The notes under the pieces: generated by a model | The model's database searches: none | What the model was told of the DNA's origin: nothing | Seen by the model: only the letters and a program-made list of their open reading frames with translations | From: the human T2T-CHM13v2.0 reference genome, Homo sapiens | NCBI RefSeq assembly: GCF_009914755.1 | Contig: NC_060927.1 | Reading direction: 5' to 3' (one strand) | Length of the DNA: 64,000 nucleotides | Translations under genes and position numbers: made by a program | Shown: positions 49,081 to 64,000 of the stretch, piece after piece | How positions within the stretch are numbered: the first letter of the stretch is position 1 | Layout of the letters: each line of letters opens with the position of its first letter

Positions 49081-50092
49081 TGTCCTATCTTTTTAAAAAC
49101 CAAGCCTGAAGAGTCATGAGGCATCACTTCTACCATGTGATTTGTTGAGGCAATCACAAAGCCCCATCCAGGTTGAAGGGTAAGAAATATAGATGTCATC
49201 TCTTGATGGGATAGTGACAAGATTCTGGAAGAGCATATAGGACCAGGAATACTGCTGTGCTCATTTTTGAAAAAGACAGTCTTTCACATTTACCACTTGC
49301 CATGTGATGATTCAATTCTCCCACCACTTTCTTACATTCAAAATCATTTCAAAATTGTCACTTATACAGCAGGGTTTGACGTCATTTGAGTTTCATTTGT
49401 TGGGAAAACATTCTCAAACACAATCTCAGGCACTGAAATTTCATGGAGTTTGTTCTAAGGCAGTCATACAGATGATTCAGAACAAGCCAAGATGTATTTT
49501 TCTGTTATCATTAAAATAAAATCCAAATTTCCCAAATTTCTCAGAAAAATCTTGTACATCCCGGAAAATACTTTCCTCATTTGAGAAACATGAATCTAAG
49601 TCTTAGGACAAGGGGGCAAACAACATCCTCCCAGCTCTCACATAGTCCAGCCCAACTTCCTGGAGCAAAGGTCTCAAATCCTGTCATCATAAGCAGTGTG
49701 CGTTTGCTGCAAGAGTCATCTTGTGGCGCTCCCTTAGGAAGCTGTAGTTCAAGGATTTGGTCTTGGCCATCTCTCTGTCTTTCCCTCAGAGACACTATGA
49801 AAGGCCCTTAATTGCTCTTAACCATTTTCATTTGCATTGTGGTTCTTCAGCAGCCTTTTTACAGCAGTGTGAGACAAAGGTCCTCTTCATTTTTCTTATT
49901 ATCTAGAATTCTGGTTGATGTGCCTCAATTTGTGGGTCATCTTTTAAAAATAATTAGTAGGGTTTCGGTTGGTGCCTAATCTGGAGGACTGGACAGGCTG
50001 CTCGGTGCTCAATCTGATGGACACCTGATGCCAGCTGCCAGCTGGTAGAAAAGAAAGCATGGGAACCTTTTCCTGCTTAACTATATAACATG

Positions 50093-50219
50093 TTTTTTTT
50101 TTTTGAGACAAGGTCTTGTTATGTTGCTCAGGATGGTCTCAAACTCCTGGCCTCAGGTGATCCTCATAACTCTGCCTTCCAAGTAGCTGGGATTATAGAT
50201 GTGAGCCTGCATGCCTGGC
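50093..50219 (-). mobile_element. FLAM
   Basis: Single left monomer. Confidence 0.85.
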
Positions 50220-50222
50220 TAA

Positions 50223-50526
<304 letters not shown>

Positions 50527-51675
50527 AAATTTCTCATTCCTAATTAACTGAACAGGTAGATCTCAAGAATACTGCCAACTCTGATAAAGCCTTTGCTGAC
50601 ATCTTTGTTCAACATTTTTGTGATGTAAGATGACATGGGAAGCAGGTCAGGTGTTTCTGAATACCTCCTTTAGAGAATTCAGGATAGCTAGATTGAGACA
50701 TTGTATCTGAAGTCTTTAGGAGGCAATAACAGCACATGGTGGACCTCAGCGTTTCAAATAATGTATGTCAGCACGGTGGTGACAGCCCATAGCTCTCACA
50801 CCCAGGGAGGCTTCTCTCAAGGTGGTTGGGTGCTGAGCTGCTCACAGTTGGTCCAAGGACTGAGGGCAGGGGGCCCAGCTGGTGTGGGACTGTGGGTACC
50901 TTTACTGAGCTGCTAGAAGGGAACTGGCAACATATTCTGAGGTGAGAAGACCTTCAGTTGAAAGCTATTTTGTTGTTTCTGTTGCATTTGGTAACTGAGA
51001 GGTTGAGCTGTGAGGTCACCTTTTCTCCAGTACGTCTTAAGAGGCTTCCCTCTTTCCTTTCATTTCCTTCCTGAGAGCCAAACCTTCTCTCTCTGACTCA
51101 TGTAGTTGCTGTAGAGATAATTCGGATGTCAGAAGCAATGGCCATTAATTTGAGAGGAGGAGGGCAATGATTATTCAGAAACAAGTCTCCTCTCATCATG
51201 CAAATACCCCTAATTAAGAAATCCAGAGTCAGATTCTGTGTCATGGAAACATAATTTCCTTTGACTCAGAGAGTTCCAGGAATTGCTGCAGGCTATGAAC
51301 CTTTCTTAGCTTCCTGGGTTAAATGACTTCACCCTCTGCCCTGAGTTTTCTTGGACAAAAGTGAATTCAATGTGACATGGATGAAGCATCTTCCATGTGC
51401 CAGTCACTATTATTTAAAACATGGGAGTGAACAACAACAGAGTTCCTGCCCTCAAGGAACTGAGTAAAGGAATCTTTAAGTGACAAACCCTGAATAATCT
51501 GTGGATCGTGATAGAAAGGTGAAAACTTTGTTTGGATACTGTTATGGGTTTAATTATGCCCCTCCAAAAATTAGTATATTGATGTCTTAATCCCCAGTAC
51601 CTCAGAACGTGACTTCACTTGGAGACAGGGTCTTTACAGAGATAATCAAGTTAAGGTAGGTCATTAGTGTGGTTC

Positions 51676-51848
51676 TGTATTAGTCCATTCTCACACTGCT
51701 ATAAACAATACCCCAAACTGGGTAATTTATAAACAAAGGAGGTTTAATTGATTCACAGTTCTGCATGGCTGGGGAGCCCTCAGGAAACTTGGGCTGAGGC
51801 AGTTCATGGCAGAAGGGGAAACAGGCATGTCTTACATGGCAGCAGGCA

Positions 51849-51879
<31 letters not shown>

Positions 51880-53986
51880 ATCTAAAGGAGAAACTGTCAA
51901 ACACTTATAAAACAACCAGATCTCTTGAGAACTCACTCACTATCACAAGAACGGCACAGGGGAAACAGGCCCCATGATCCAATCACCTCCTACCAGGTCC
52001 CTACCTCAACACATGGGGATTATGGGGATTACAACTCAAGATGAGGTTTGGGTGGGGACACAGAGCCAAACCATATCATTCTGCCCCTGGTCCCTCCCAA
52101 ATCTCATGTCCTTTTTACATTTCAAAACCAATCATGTCTTCCCAACAGTCCCCCAAAGTCTTAACTCATTCTGGCATTAACCCAAAAGTCCAAGTCCAAA
52201 GTCTCATCTGTGACAAGGCAAGTCCCTTCTGCCTATGAGCCTGTAAAATCAAAAGCAAGTTAGTTACTGCCTAGATACAATGGGAGTACAGGCATTGAAT
52301 AAATGCTCCCATCCCCAATGGGAGAAATGGGCTAAAAACAAAGGGGCTACAGGCCCCGTGCAAGTCCAAAACCCAGTGGGGCAGCCATTAAATCTTAAAG
52401 CTTCAAAATGATCCCCTTTAATACCATGTCTCACATCTGGGATTTGCTAATGCAAGGAGTGGGCTTCCATGGTCTTGAGCAGCTCCTTCATGGGCTAGCT
52501 TTGCAGAGTACAGCCCCCCAGCCTGGCTGCTTTCATGGCTGGTATTGAGTGCCTGTAGCTTTTCCAGGCACATGATGCAAGCTGTTGGTAGACCTCCCAT
52601 TCTGGGATCTGGAGGACCATGTCCCTCTTCTCACATTCCACCAGGCAATGCCCCAGTGGGGACTCTGTGGGAGCTCCAACCCCACATTTCTCTTTTGCAC
52701 TGCCCTAGCAGAGGTTCTCCATGAGGGCTCTGCCCCTGCAGCAAACTTCTGCCTGGACATCCAGGCATTTCCCTAAATCCTCTGAAATCTAAGCAGAGGT
52801 TCCCAAGCCTTAATTCTTGATTTCTGTGCACCCACAGACCCAACACTATGTGGAAGCCAAGGCTTGAGGCTTGCACCCTCTGAAGCCACAGCCTGAGCTG
52901 TACCTTGGCCCTTTTTTAGCCACAGCTGGAGCTGGAGTGGCTGGGATGCAGGGCACCAAGTCCCAAGGCTCCACAAAGCAGCAGGGCCCTGGGCCAGGCC
53001 CATAAAACCATTTCTTCCTCCTAGGCCTCTGGGCCTGTGATGAGAGGGGCTGGTGCAGAGGTCTCTGGCATGCCCTGGAGACATTTTCCCCATTGTCTTG
53101 GTAATTAATATTTGCTTCCTCATTATATATGCAAATTTCTGCAGCTGGCTTGAACTTCTCAGAAAATGGGTTTTCTTTTCTATCTCATCATCAGGCTGCA
53201 AAATTTCCAAACTTTCATGCTCTGGTTCTCTTTTAAACATACGTTCCAATTTCAGATCATCTCACTTAAATTCAAAGTTCCACAGATCTCTAGCACAGGG
53301 GCAAAATGCTGCCAGCCTCTTTGCTAAAGCATAGCAAGAGTGACATTTGCTCCAGTTCCCAAGAAGTTTCTCATAACCATCTGAGACCACCTCAGCCTGG
53401 ACTTCATTGTCCACATCGTTATCAGCATTTTGGTCAAAGTCATTCAACAAATCTCTAGGAAGTTCCAAACTTCCCCACATCTTTCTGCCTTCTTCTGAGT
53501 CCTCCAAATTGTTCCAACTTCTGCCTGTTACCCAGTTCCAAAGTTGCTTCTACATTTTCAGGTTATCTTTATAGCAGTGCCCCACTCCTGGTACCAATTT
53601 ACTGTATTAGTCCAGTCTCACACTACTATAAAGAAATACCTGAGACTAGGCAATTTTTAAACAAAGGAGGTTTAATTGACTCACAGTTCTACGTGGTTGG
53701 GGAGGCCTCAGGAAACTTACAGTCATGGCGGAAGAGGAAGCAGGCATGTCTTACATGGCAGCAGGTGTGTGTGTGAGAGAGAAAGCGAATCTGAAGGAGG
53801 AACTGTCAAACACTTACAAAATCATCGATCTCATGAGAACTCACTCACTATCATGAGAATAGCATGGGGGAAACCACCCCCATGATCCAATCACCTCCCA
53901 CCAGGTCCCTCTCTCAACACATGGGGATTATGGGGATTACAATTGGGGATGAGATTTAAGTGGGGACACAGAGCCAAGGCATATCA
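51676..53986 (-). mobile_element. Full-length MaLR provirus (THE1D/MSTA): LTR 51676-52078, internal 52079-53602, LTR 53603-53986
   Basis: Two direct LTRs (tgtattagtcc...atatca) flank an internal region with the MaLR ORF remnant EDSEEGRKMWGSLELPRDLLN..CYALAKRLAAFCPC. Confidence 0.95.
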
Positions 53987-53994
53987 GAGCCCTA

Positions 53995-54446
<452 letters not shown>

Positions 54447-55877
54447 TTAGAAGGAAGCAACACTGCTGACAGTTTGATATCAGAATTCTAGCCTCCTGAA
54501 CTGTAAGACAGCAAATTTCTGTTGTTTAAACCACCCAGTCTGTGGTATTTTGTTATGACAGCCCTCACAAACTAATTTAAACATTTAGTGGCTCCCTCTA
54601 GCTCTATACATCTGGTGGGAAAAATCCTGGGTGGGCATAACTTAAATATTTGTGTTGTTTGCATTTACCAGAAATTTGGTAAGTTCATACATTCATTTAT
54701 TTATTCATCCATTGCCCATCTCCTTATGCTGATTTATTAATTTTTAAATTACACATACCACTCTCTGGAAACTATTTTATCTTTTACTTACTTGTTCATT
54801 GTTTCACCACAAGCTTCATGAGAGATGCTGAATAAGAATTTATCCTTCCTTGTTTCCTTCCCTCTCTTCCTCCCGTCAATATTTAAGCACCTCTTATGTC
54901 TATTGTGTGCACAGCATTCCATGCTTGTCACTGTTAAAGCATAAAGAGGTACAAGGAATGTTTCTTGTCCCCAAGGAGTCTGTGATTTCTGGGAGGAGAC
55001 AAAGCATGACCATGTGAGTGGCTGTATTCCACCACCAGGTAGTGGGTGAGTATGTGCTGGCCAGGTGCTGGATCATAACTGTTGCCAAGAGGGAAGGTGC
55101 AGGGGACTGAGGGTGTGCAGGAAAAGGCTCCCGGAGAGGAGGGGCCCGCACTTCAGATAAAAGAGGGGAACAGGAAGGAGTATAGTGGAGCAGAATGTTA
55201 GTAATCCATTGCCTTCCTTGATGCCTGGGGGCTATGTTTAGGGAGGAGTGGGGTTGCCTCAGGCCAGGGTTGATCAAGGCTTGGGGATAGGGTGATGCAC
55301 AGAACCCAGAATCTTCATTCTGGCATCCCAGGAGGTCAGAAACAAAGCTCAGAGGCAAAAACTCTGGCCACACATTAAAATCATCTTGGGAACTTAAAAA
55401 AGGCTAATGTTAAAACCCTACCTTGACCGGGTACATCCCGGGATCTGCAGGCAGGACCTGAGAGAGAAGAAATCCTTTTAGGATGTGGATTGACAGCAGT
55501 GGCTCCTGACCGCAAGGCCCAGGCCACCCTGGCCCAGTCATGGGACACCCGCAGTTCTGGAGTGATGAGGGTAACTGCTGGAAATAAGGCACCAGGCTGC
55601 ATTCCATTGGTATGGCCTCCTTGTCCTGAGCGTAAAAGTGCCTACTTGTGACATCAGAAGAATGTGTTGACAGATCTGTATCCCACTTCCAATTTTTACT
55701 ATATTTTATGGTGGGAGCAGCAGCAACAGCAGCAGGATTAATTAAGCTGGTTTCCCTCTTTTTTTGGTCCCCATCAGCTTTCTGCAGCTGTTCATGGATA
55801 GAAACCATCCAGAAAGGTGTTTTGTTATTTTTGTTTTTTGAGGATATTGGAGACATTGGGTCCAGGGTTTTAGGGAT

Positions 55878-56252
55878 TGTTATGGTTTGAATGTGACCGC
55901 CCCAAAATTCAGGTGATAGTATTAAGAGGTGATTTAGGTCACCTAAATTTAGGTGATTTAGGCCTTTAAGAGGTGATTAGGTCATGAGGGCTTCTCCCAG
56001 CTGAATGGGACTAAGACCCTTACAAAAGAGGCTTCATATAGCATTTGTCTGATTGACGCTTCTGCCTTCCACCATGTGAAGACTCGATGTTCCTCCTCTC
56101 TGGAGGACGCAGCCCTCACCAGGCAACTGAACCAGCCAGCGCCTTGATCTTGGAGTTCCCAGCCTCTGGAACTGTGAGAAATACATTTCTGTTCTTTGTA
56201 AATTTCCCAGTCTGTGGTATTGTGTTATAGCAGCAGAAAATGGGCTGAGACA
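55878..56252 (+). mobile_element. MST (MSTC/D-like) MaLR solo LTR
   Basis: tgttatggtttgaatgt ... ccttgatcttggagttcccagcctctggaactgtgagaaat ... gggctgagaca. Confidence 0.85.
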
Positions 56253-56933
56253 GGAACCTTCCTCCTCAGGTCTTGGTGGCTCAATTTCTTCTAGCTGTAT
56301 ATGTAAGCTCCTATCACAGTGCCTGGCACATAGTGGGCCCTCAGCAAATGTTTGTTTCCTTCATTTCCAATGAGACAGCAGAGATTCTCAGAAATGTTAA
56401 ATTTCAAATATGTTCTGACAGAAAATTGCTACCAAATTACTTTTTGTCTGTTCAGGACACTCTTGGTAAAAACAGAAAGATGGGAGCATAGAGAGTTGGC
56501 CCATCTTCAAAATAAACCTAGAAATGTTGGTTGACACCTAGGTGTCAGGCACTGCAGAGGCTAGCATGAAAATGCAGTGATAGATTATACAGGGCACTTG
56601 CCCTCCAGTATCTGATAATCTATTTGAACAGGTAAGATGTGAGCATGTGAAACCTTAACAATAAAGGATTTATAGAACAGCCCAAGACAACAGTAGAATT
56701 GCTGTCGGGGGCATATCAGGAGTATGCAATTTATTGCCTAATAAATCTGAGGACAGCTGGAACTGGTCAGAAAGAGGAAAAGCTACTTCAGGTTGGGGTA
56801 GTTAGAATGAAGGAGAAAGCAGCTGGTGTGAACAAAAGTGTTGAGCCTGATCTGGGCCTAGGTATGCCCCAGATACAGACAGCAAACCCAGCTGGCAGGA
56901 ACAAGGAGAGTTTTAGGTAAGTTTAGTGGGAGG

Positions 56934-57125
56934 GTGAGCTGTGCCTCACTGGGGTCCCCCTTAAGACAGTTCTGGTGAGACCAGTCTTCCTCCCTTGATT
57001 AATTCTTCTTTGACAAGCATTTGCTGGGCACTGATCATGTGCCAGGCACAGTGCTAGGTGTGGGGGATTCCAAGATAATTATAACAAGTTCTAGGCTCAA
57101 AGAGCTCACAGTCTAGTGGGGAAAA
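56934..57125 (+). repeat. ~190-bp dispersed duplicate of 59285-59470
   Basis: Both copies share ccccttaagacagttctggtgag and gattccaagataattataacaagttcta. Confidence 0.93.
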
Positions 57126-57228
57126 TGAGATTTCAAGCCCCAAACCAAGGTGAGATTTCATCCTGCAGGAAGTAGGGAGGAATGAAGATTTTTCTAGCAA
57201 AGTGGGTTTGAATTGAAAAGGGATTGTG

Positions 57229-57575
<347 letters not shown>

Positions 57576-58019
57576 TCAGTAGAAGATCTGAGAGTAGCAC
57601 TGTTTCCATTTGCCACAGGGTCTTCTGGGTCTCTTGCGCAGAATCATCTTTTTGTGCCACTTACAAAGCACAATCCTTGAGAAAAGTTTTTCAGTTTGCA
57701 GGACTGACCGTGGTCTTTTTAAACAGGGAGACTGCTTGCTGTCAGTATCACCTGTATTTTGCATTGAGCTTTCTGAAACTGAGGAGGACCAGGTAGCTCT
57801 AGGGAGCTCCCTTCCAGCCTCCAGGATGCTGATGCAATGACTGAGCAATGGAGAGTTTTGCAATATGCTTACAGAACCAGACCAGCTTGCTTTTCCTAAG
57901 GAAACCTTGGTGTCCTAAGAAAACCTCAGGCTGGGTCCCTGCCCTGCCGGGTTGAAATTCCTTCTGTCTTCTGGTAGCATGCCTGTAGCACATGCTCTGT
58001 AACCAGCTTTAGGGAGTCC

Positions 58020-58210
58020 ACAAAAGGCTTTGGAATGAAGTCAAATTTCAGTGCAAACTCAGTCTCTGCCTCTAACCAGTTGTGTGATTTTTGGCAAGTG
58101 ACCTAACCTCTCCCAGTTAAAGTTTCCTCATCTGTGAAACAGAGTCAATAACTACTTTGCTAGGTGGTTATAAATATTAAATAAGATGAGTATTAAGTGG
58201 TGCATAGCAG
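58020..58210 (+). mobile_element. MIR
   Basis: ggcaagtgacctaacctctcccagttaaagtttcctcatctgtgaaac. Confidence 0.75.
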
Positions 58211-58259
58211 ATATCTTACATATATTTTCTTCTATTACAAAGTGCATAATATTTTTCTG

Positions 58260-58555
58260 TTTTTGTTTTTTTGAGACAGAGTCTTGCTCTGTCACCTAGG
58301 CTGGAGTGCAGTGGTGCGATCTCAGCTCTCTGCGAACTCCACCTCCTGGGTTCAAGTGATTCTTCTGCCTCAGCCTCCTGAGTAGCTGGGATTACAGGCA
58401 CAAGCCACCACGCCTGGCTAATTTTTGTATTTTTAGTAGAGACGGGGTTTCACCATATTGGCCAGGCTGGTCTCAAACTCCTGACCTGAGGTGATGCACC
58501 CTCTTCGGACTCTCACATTGCTGGGATAACAGGCATGAGCCACTGCACCCAGCCA
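58260..58555 (-). mobile_element. Alu (AluS)
   Basis: Reverse Alu; TSD-like caaagtgca. Confidence 0.95.
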
Positions 58556-59284
58556 AAGTGCACTAAGGAAATTAGTGTCTCTTGGCTCCATCTTAAAAAA
58601 AAAATCGAATTTCCTGGCTTTCCAACTACACCTTTCCTTCTGGCCTCACCCTGATATTTGAGTTCTGCAGATGGATATGCTCCCTATAGTAAATGCACCT
58701 GTCTCAGATGGGTTCAGGCAGAAAATTCTATTTCCCCAAAAGTGGGCTGAGCCAAAAGGCTATCCTTGCTTTTCCAGATCTCTTCCCTCAGGAACAAATT
58801 GAAGACCAAGATGAGGAATTTTTGTGTAACACAAGAAAACATAAAGAGGATTTCTGCATATAAATCTGTGTTTTCCTTTGTAAGACTTTTTATCTACTTA
58901 TTTTTATTCAACAAACATATGAAACTTGCTGCGTGCCAGGCACAGTTCAAACCATTTTACAAATATTAATTCATTTAGCCCTCATAACCTCATGAGGTAG
59001 GTGTTGTTACCCCAGGTGGCAGTTGGGAGCCTTTGAGCCATAAAGAGGTTCTGAACTTGCTGAAAGCAACATGGTCATGCAGGTGACTTAAAGCCCAGGC
59101 ATCGCAGTGGGGATAGAAAATTATTGTACAAAAATTAATGAAGAGAGCACATCTAAAATGCCTTCTTTCCACAAAGGGTTCAAGATGTTATCACGGGGGA
59201 TTTAAATTTAGGTGAAGCAGCAACACTGCCATCCATCACATAAGTTGAAGAGATACCTAAGCCTGGCTTCCCACTTGAACTTTT

Positions 59285-59470
59285 GTGAGCTGTGCTTCCC
59301 TGGGGTGCCCCTTAAGACAGTTCTGGTGAGGTCATTCTTCCTTCCTTGATTTTCTTTTGACAAGCATTTGCTGGGCATTGACCATGTGCCAGGCACAGTG
59401 CTAGGTACTGGATTCCAAGATAATTATAACAAGTTCTAAGCTCAAAGAGCTCACAGTCTTAACGGGAAAA
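59285..59470 (+). repeat. Second copy of the ~190-bp duplicate (unique DNA plus L2 3' end)
   Basis: Matches 56934-57125. Confidence 0.93.
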
Positions 59471-59643
59471 GTGGAGAAATGAACAGTCACACATGCCCTA
59501 AAGAAAGGACTCTGCAAGGATATCTCTGCCATTCTTCGCAGAAGCAAGCCTCACCTCTCAACTTAGAACTGGCGTCAGTACATTTATTTATGTGAGAGGC
59601 AATTGCCACAAACTGTCCACATAGGATGCCTTTTGTTCTTTGA

Positions 59644-60102
<459 letters not shown>

Positions 60103-60448
60103 TAGTCACCCACAGACCTTTCCAGGGTGTCTCCCAGGCACTTATTCTCTGAGCCTAATGTTTCTTGGGAAACCTTGACACAGACCTTTTCAAGTTCACA
60201 ACAGGTTTTGATTTGTGACATTGGCATTTCCTGTCTTCTTGTGACTTAAGTGGTGAACAAAACATCTCAAGATGTTCTCTTATTCAAATGTGGTTTGATT
60301 GGGGAATGCTAAGGTCAAGAATGTTTCAAGGAGCAAGACATCAGAGTGGGTGCCAGGGATAGGGAAAGCAAACTCTGAGGGCAAAGTGATAAGCTCTCTC
60401 CTGCTTTCAGCCTCCTAAACACCACTGTCTGCATTAAACCCTCCCTCT

Positions 60449-60760
<312 letters not shown>

Positions 60761-62023
60761 TTACTGGGAAAAGTGCAGTGGCCGGAGGGAATAGAGAAAC
60801 TGTTTTGTTTGGAGTTCTGAGAAAGGGGACTCAGGAAGCTGTTGGTGATAGAGACAAACAGGTCTTTCTTCTGCTAATACTGCTTGTTACTCATTAATAA
60901 GCCTGCAAAGAAAACGTCTTTAAGACAAGAACTTTATCAAGAACTTTGCGCTTCTCTTCCATAAACTTCATTGCCCTGTTCCCCAACCCCCCAACAAACT
61001 TAAAGTACTGTCATTTTCAGAATTCAGTGACTCCTGGGTCTGCAGGTGATGTAGTTTCATGCTGTTAACTCACCGGAAGGCAGTGGAACCAGATGCGTGT
61101 TTTTCCTCCTGCTCCTCCGCTCTGGCCCCAAAACAGAAACTTTGCCTTCCTTTGTTTCACCCATTTATCTACCCAGAAATCCACCCATCTAGCATTTGTT
61201 GGGTGTATACTTTGTGCAAAGATCTGTAATGGCTACTCTAGAGGAGAAAAACGATGGAGAAGACATGCTCAATGCTTTCAGGAGCTTGGAATCTGTGGAG
61301 GAGACACATGTAAAGATAATACGATAAACACAGATACAGAAGAGATTTTATAGAACTTGCATTGACTTTTCTCTTTTCCTCTTTCAAAGTGATATCATTC
61401 TTTAAAAACAGGCCTCCTGCCTCTGATGCTTTTTTTCTCCTCTATGAACTCTAGGAAGGCCAAGTTGAACCTTTAAGGAAAGAGGGTTTGTGGCAGACCA
61501 GGACAGGGAAAGACATTGGGATCAGGATGGAATCCAAATGTTGAAATTCCAAGATTTTCAACAGCAGAGGACATATGCTGGGGTTAGAATCAGGCCTGGC
61601 TCCATGCTATGCCTTAGGACCAACAGAGACATGTATAGCTCAGATGACAGCAGCAGAGGCAATGTTTACTTCTCCAGGATTCCTTTGCACAATTTACTGC
61701 CCTTTCTTCAAGAGCAGAACAACCAAGAGCATGCCAAAAGTCATGGCACATTCAGCCCTTTAAGGATTTCATCACTGGATTAGCTGATCTTAGGTAAAAA
61801 TTTAGGAAAGGAGGTGGGGAAGGGTAGGGGTGATGCACAGAGTAAATGATACATTTGGTGGCAACATTTTGTTGAGCACAGTTATGGTGTTTGCACATTG
61901 CTTTTGAACAAAATGATAAATTTCAATCAGGTCTGGCAAGCGTTACAAAGTCATTCTAGGTCAAATGGATAACAGAAGCCTCTATATAGTTGAGTCCAAA
62001 ATACAGACCCTAAGACAGCCTTC

Positions 62024-62342
62024 CTTCTCTTTTTTCTCTCTCTTTCTTCTTTCTTTCTTCTCGAAACGGAGTCTTGCTCTGTCACCCAGGCTTGAGTGCA
62101 GTGGCACCATCTAGGCTTAGTACAACCTCTGTCTCCCGGTTCAAGCAATTTTCCTGCCTCAGGCTCCTGAGTAGCTGGGATTACAGGCATGTGCCACCCA
62201 CGCCCGGCTAATTTTTGTATTTTTAGTAGAGACGGGGTTTTACCATGTTGGCCAGGCTGGTCTTGAAATCCTGACCTCGTCATCCGGCCGCCTCGGCCTC
62301 CCGAAGTGCTGGGATTACAGACGTGAGCCACTGCTTCCAGCC
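62024..62342 (-). mobile_element. Alu (AluS)
   Basis: Reverse Alu. Confidence 0.95.
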
Positions 62343-63559
62343 CATCCTTCCTTATTTAACTAGGGAATCAATCAGCTTTCTTTGGGGATGGCTGGGAAAG
62401 GTTGAAGAAAGAATGTATGCTCCACCTGAGCCTTGAAGGATGAATAATTCACAAGGGCACAAAGTGGGAAAAAAAATTCTAAACAGAAGGATGGAGATGT
62501 AGAAGGGCGGGGATGGTGGGACTAAGGTTCTAGAAGCAGACAGAGTGAGAAGGCTAGAAGGATTGCCAGATTTAGAGTCCACATGAATGAATGGTGGGCT
62601 GCTAGTGGTGGCATGCTGGGAGGAAGGGAGCTGCAGGAGGGGGAGCCCAGCCACAGGACCCCCAGGGGCAGGAAGAGTCCAGGGTCTCCAGGGTTTCCTA
62701 TGTCCATTGAGGGAGTGTTTCTGGGATAAGAGGCTTCTTAGGGAGAACACAGAAGAATCTGTTCAAATGGAACTTTGGTAGAAGGTACACTGGGACCCAG
62801 GGTAGCCCGGCAGCAGCTCTGATGGCTTCTCTGGTTCCCCTTCTTTGGGTGGGTCAGCCTTCTCCGGGCCCCTCCTGGCCAGCCCCAGATTACAGTTTCT
62901 GAAAAGACTCCTCTCGGGAGTCATTTCTCTTTTATTATGGTACCACTTGGACAGCACACACACAGCACAAGAAACTGCAAACCCATGCACAGAATAAATT
63001 AGGAAATTCCTGTTTAAAAGTAGATGATAGAAGAAGCTGTGCTTCCAGGAGGGCCTCATGGTTCAGTGCCTGGAGAGTCCAGGGGTGTCAGCAGCCCCCA
63101 AGATTCCATGATAAATTGATGATACATTTAGAGCCAAATGCCCCCCTCTGAGAATATTTAATAAGGCCTGAATTCCTTCATGCAAACATGTGCACACCCA
63201 CAGATGTATACACAGGACTCGGGGCAGGGGACAGCCTGGACATGACAGCCAGCTCAGCAATAAGCACAGTGGACCCAGGTGTGCTCTCCCTGTGGCTCTG
63301 GTGGTGGCTGAGTTCCTCGCACTCATCCTTCACCAGCTCCCCAGCTCCCTTGGGAGGTGCCAGTGTGGCCTTTGGCAGTGAGGAAGTGGAGGCCCGTTTC
63401 CTGAGGTGAGGACCCAGGTCTATTATTCTGGACTATAGGGGAGCACATCCCAGCTTTCTTACATGAGCCTTGCTTTTTTGTCTCGTCTGCCAAGCGTCAC
63501 CTGCCATTCCCAGAAGAACACATGAAGCCATGTGTCCCTGGGAAAACCCACCTACTTGA

Positions 63560-63725
63560 GTCCCAGGAGCTGTGTGTACATCTCTGTCCAGCAGTGTGAT
63601 GTTGCGGGAAACTACCTCATTTCTCTAAGCCTCATAATCCTTGTCTGTAAAAATGAAAGTGTCTACTTCACAGGGTTATCAAAAGGAATCACAAAAATAT
63701 GATATTGCCAAGTACTATGCTGGAC
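63560..63725 (+). mobile_element. MIR
   Basis: ctctaagcctcataatccttgtctgtaaaaatg ... acttcacagggtt. Confidence 0.65.
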
Positions 63726-64000
63726 TCAAGTGAAATATTCAAATCCTGTTTTCTTTCCTGTTTTCGTGTCCCTCGTGTCTTCCTTTTTATTTCTCCATTT
63801 GGCTTCCAGGTTTATGTGTCTGTTGGTAGTCATGTAACCCCAATGGAACCAAAAGCACTCTTGACCAACAGGTTCTCCCATACCCCAACAGAAATTGCTG
63901 GTGTGTGCCTCCCCGCAGTACAAAACTGCATCAGTGGGTGAATCAAGAGGATGAGCCACAGGACAAGGGGACAGTGGGGACAGTCAGGACCTCAGGTACA

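Noticed and set aside
49377-49384. Perfect CRE palindrome TGACGTCA
   Set aside because: A single 8-mer in 64 kb can occur by chance, and there is no promoter context.
52418-53507. ORFs in the MaLR internal region
   Set aside because: Fragmented MaLR ORF with stops and frameshifts; not an intact CDS.

Overview
This is primate (most likely human) repeat-rich, gene-poor genomic DNA. I find no credible protein-coding gene: nearly all ORFs in the track are Alu, L1, MaLR, Tigger1 or LTR12 read-throughs. About 47 Alu-family elements are present. Other elements are two 7SL pseudogenes, a MER11 solo LTR with a TSD, head-to-head THE1 LTRs, a full-length THE1D/MSTA MaLR nested in an MLT1 LTR, and a near-complete Tigger1 interrupted by an LTR12 and Alus. 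L1, L2, MIR and hAT fossils fill much of the rest. The most interesting observations are four. (1) A decayed, Alu-interrupted env-like reading frame at ~3.7-5.8 kb has motifs recalling spumavirus/class III/lokiretrovirus-type rather than gamma-type Env, and is followed by a PPT and an LTR-like block. (2) A 189-bp copy of the host Tigger1 was templated into the younger LTR12, with fold-back and microhomology junctions. (3) The THE1 pair forms an inverted repeat. (4) There is an RTE-like LINE remnant and several other local templated duplications. Family and subfamily names come from my recall of consensus sequences, not from a search, and boundaries of old elements are approximate. No new functional system is demonstrated by the sequence alone.
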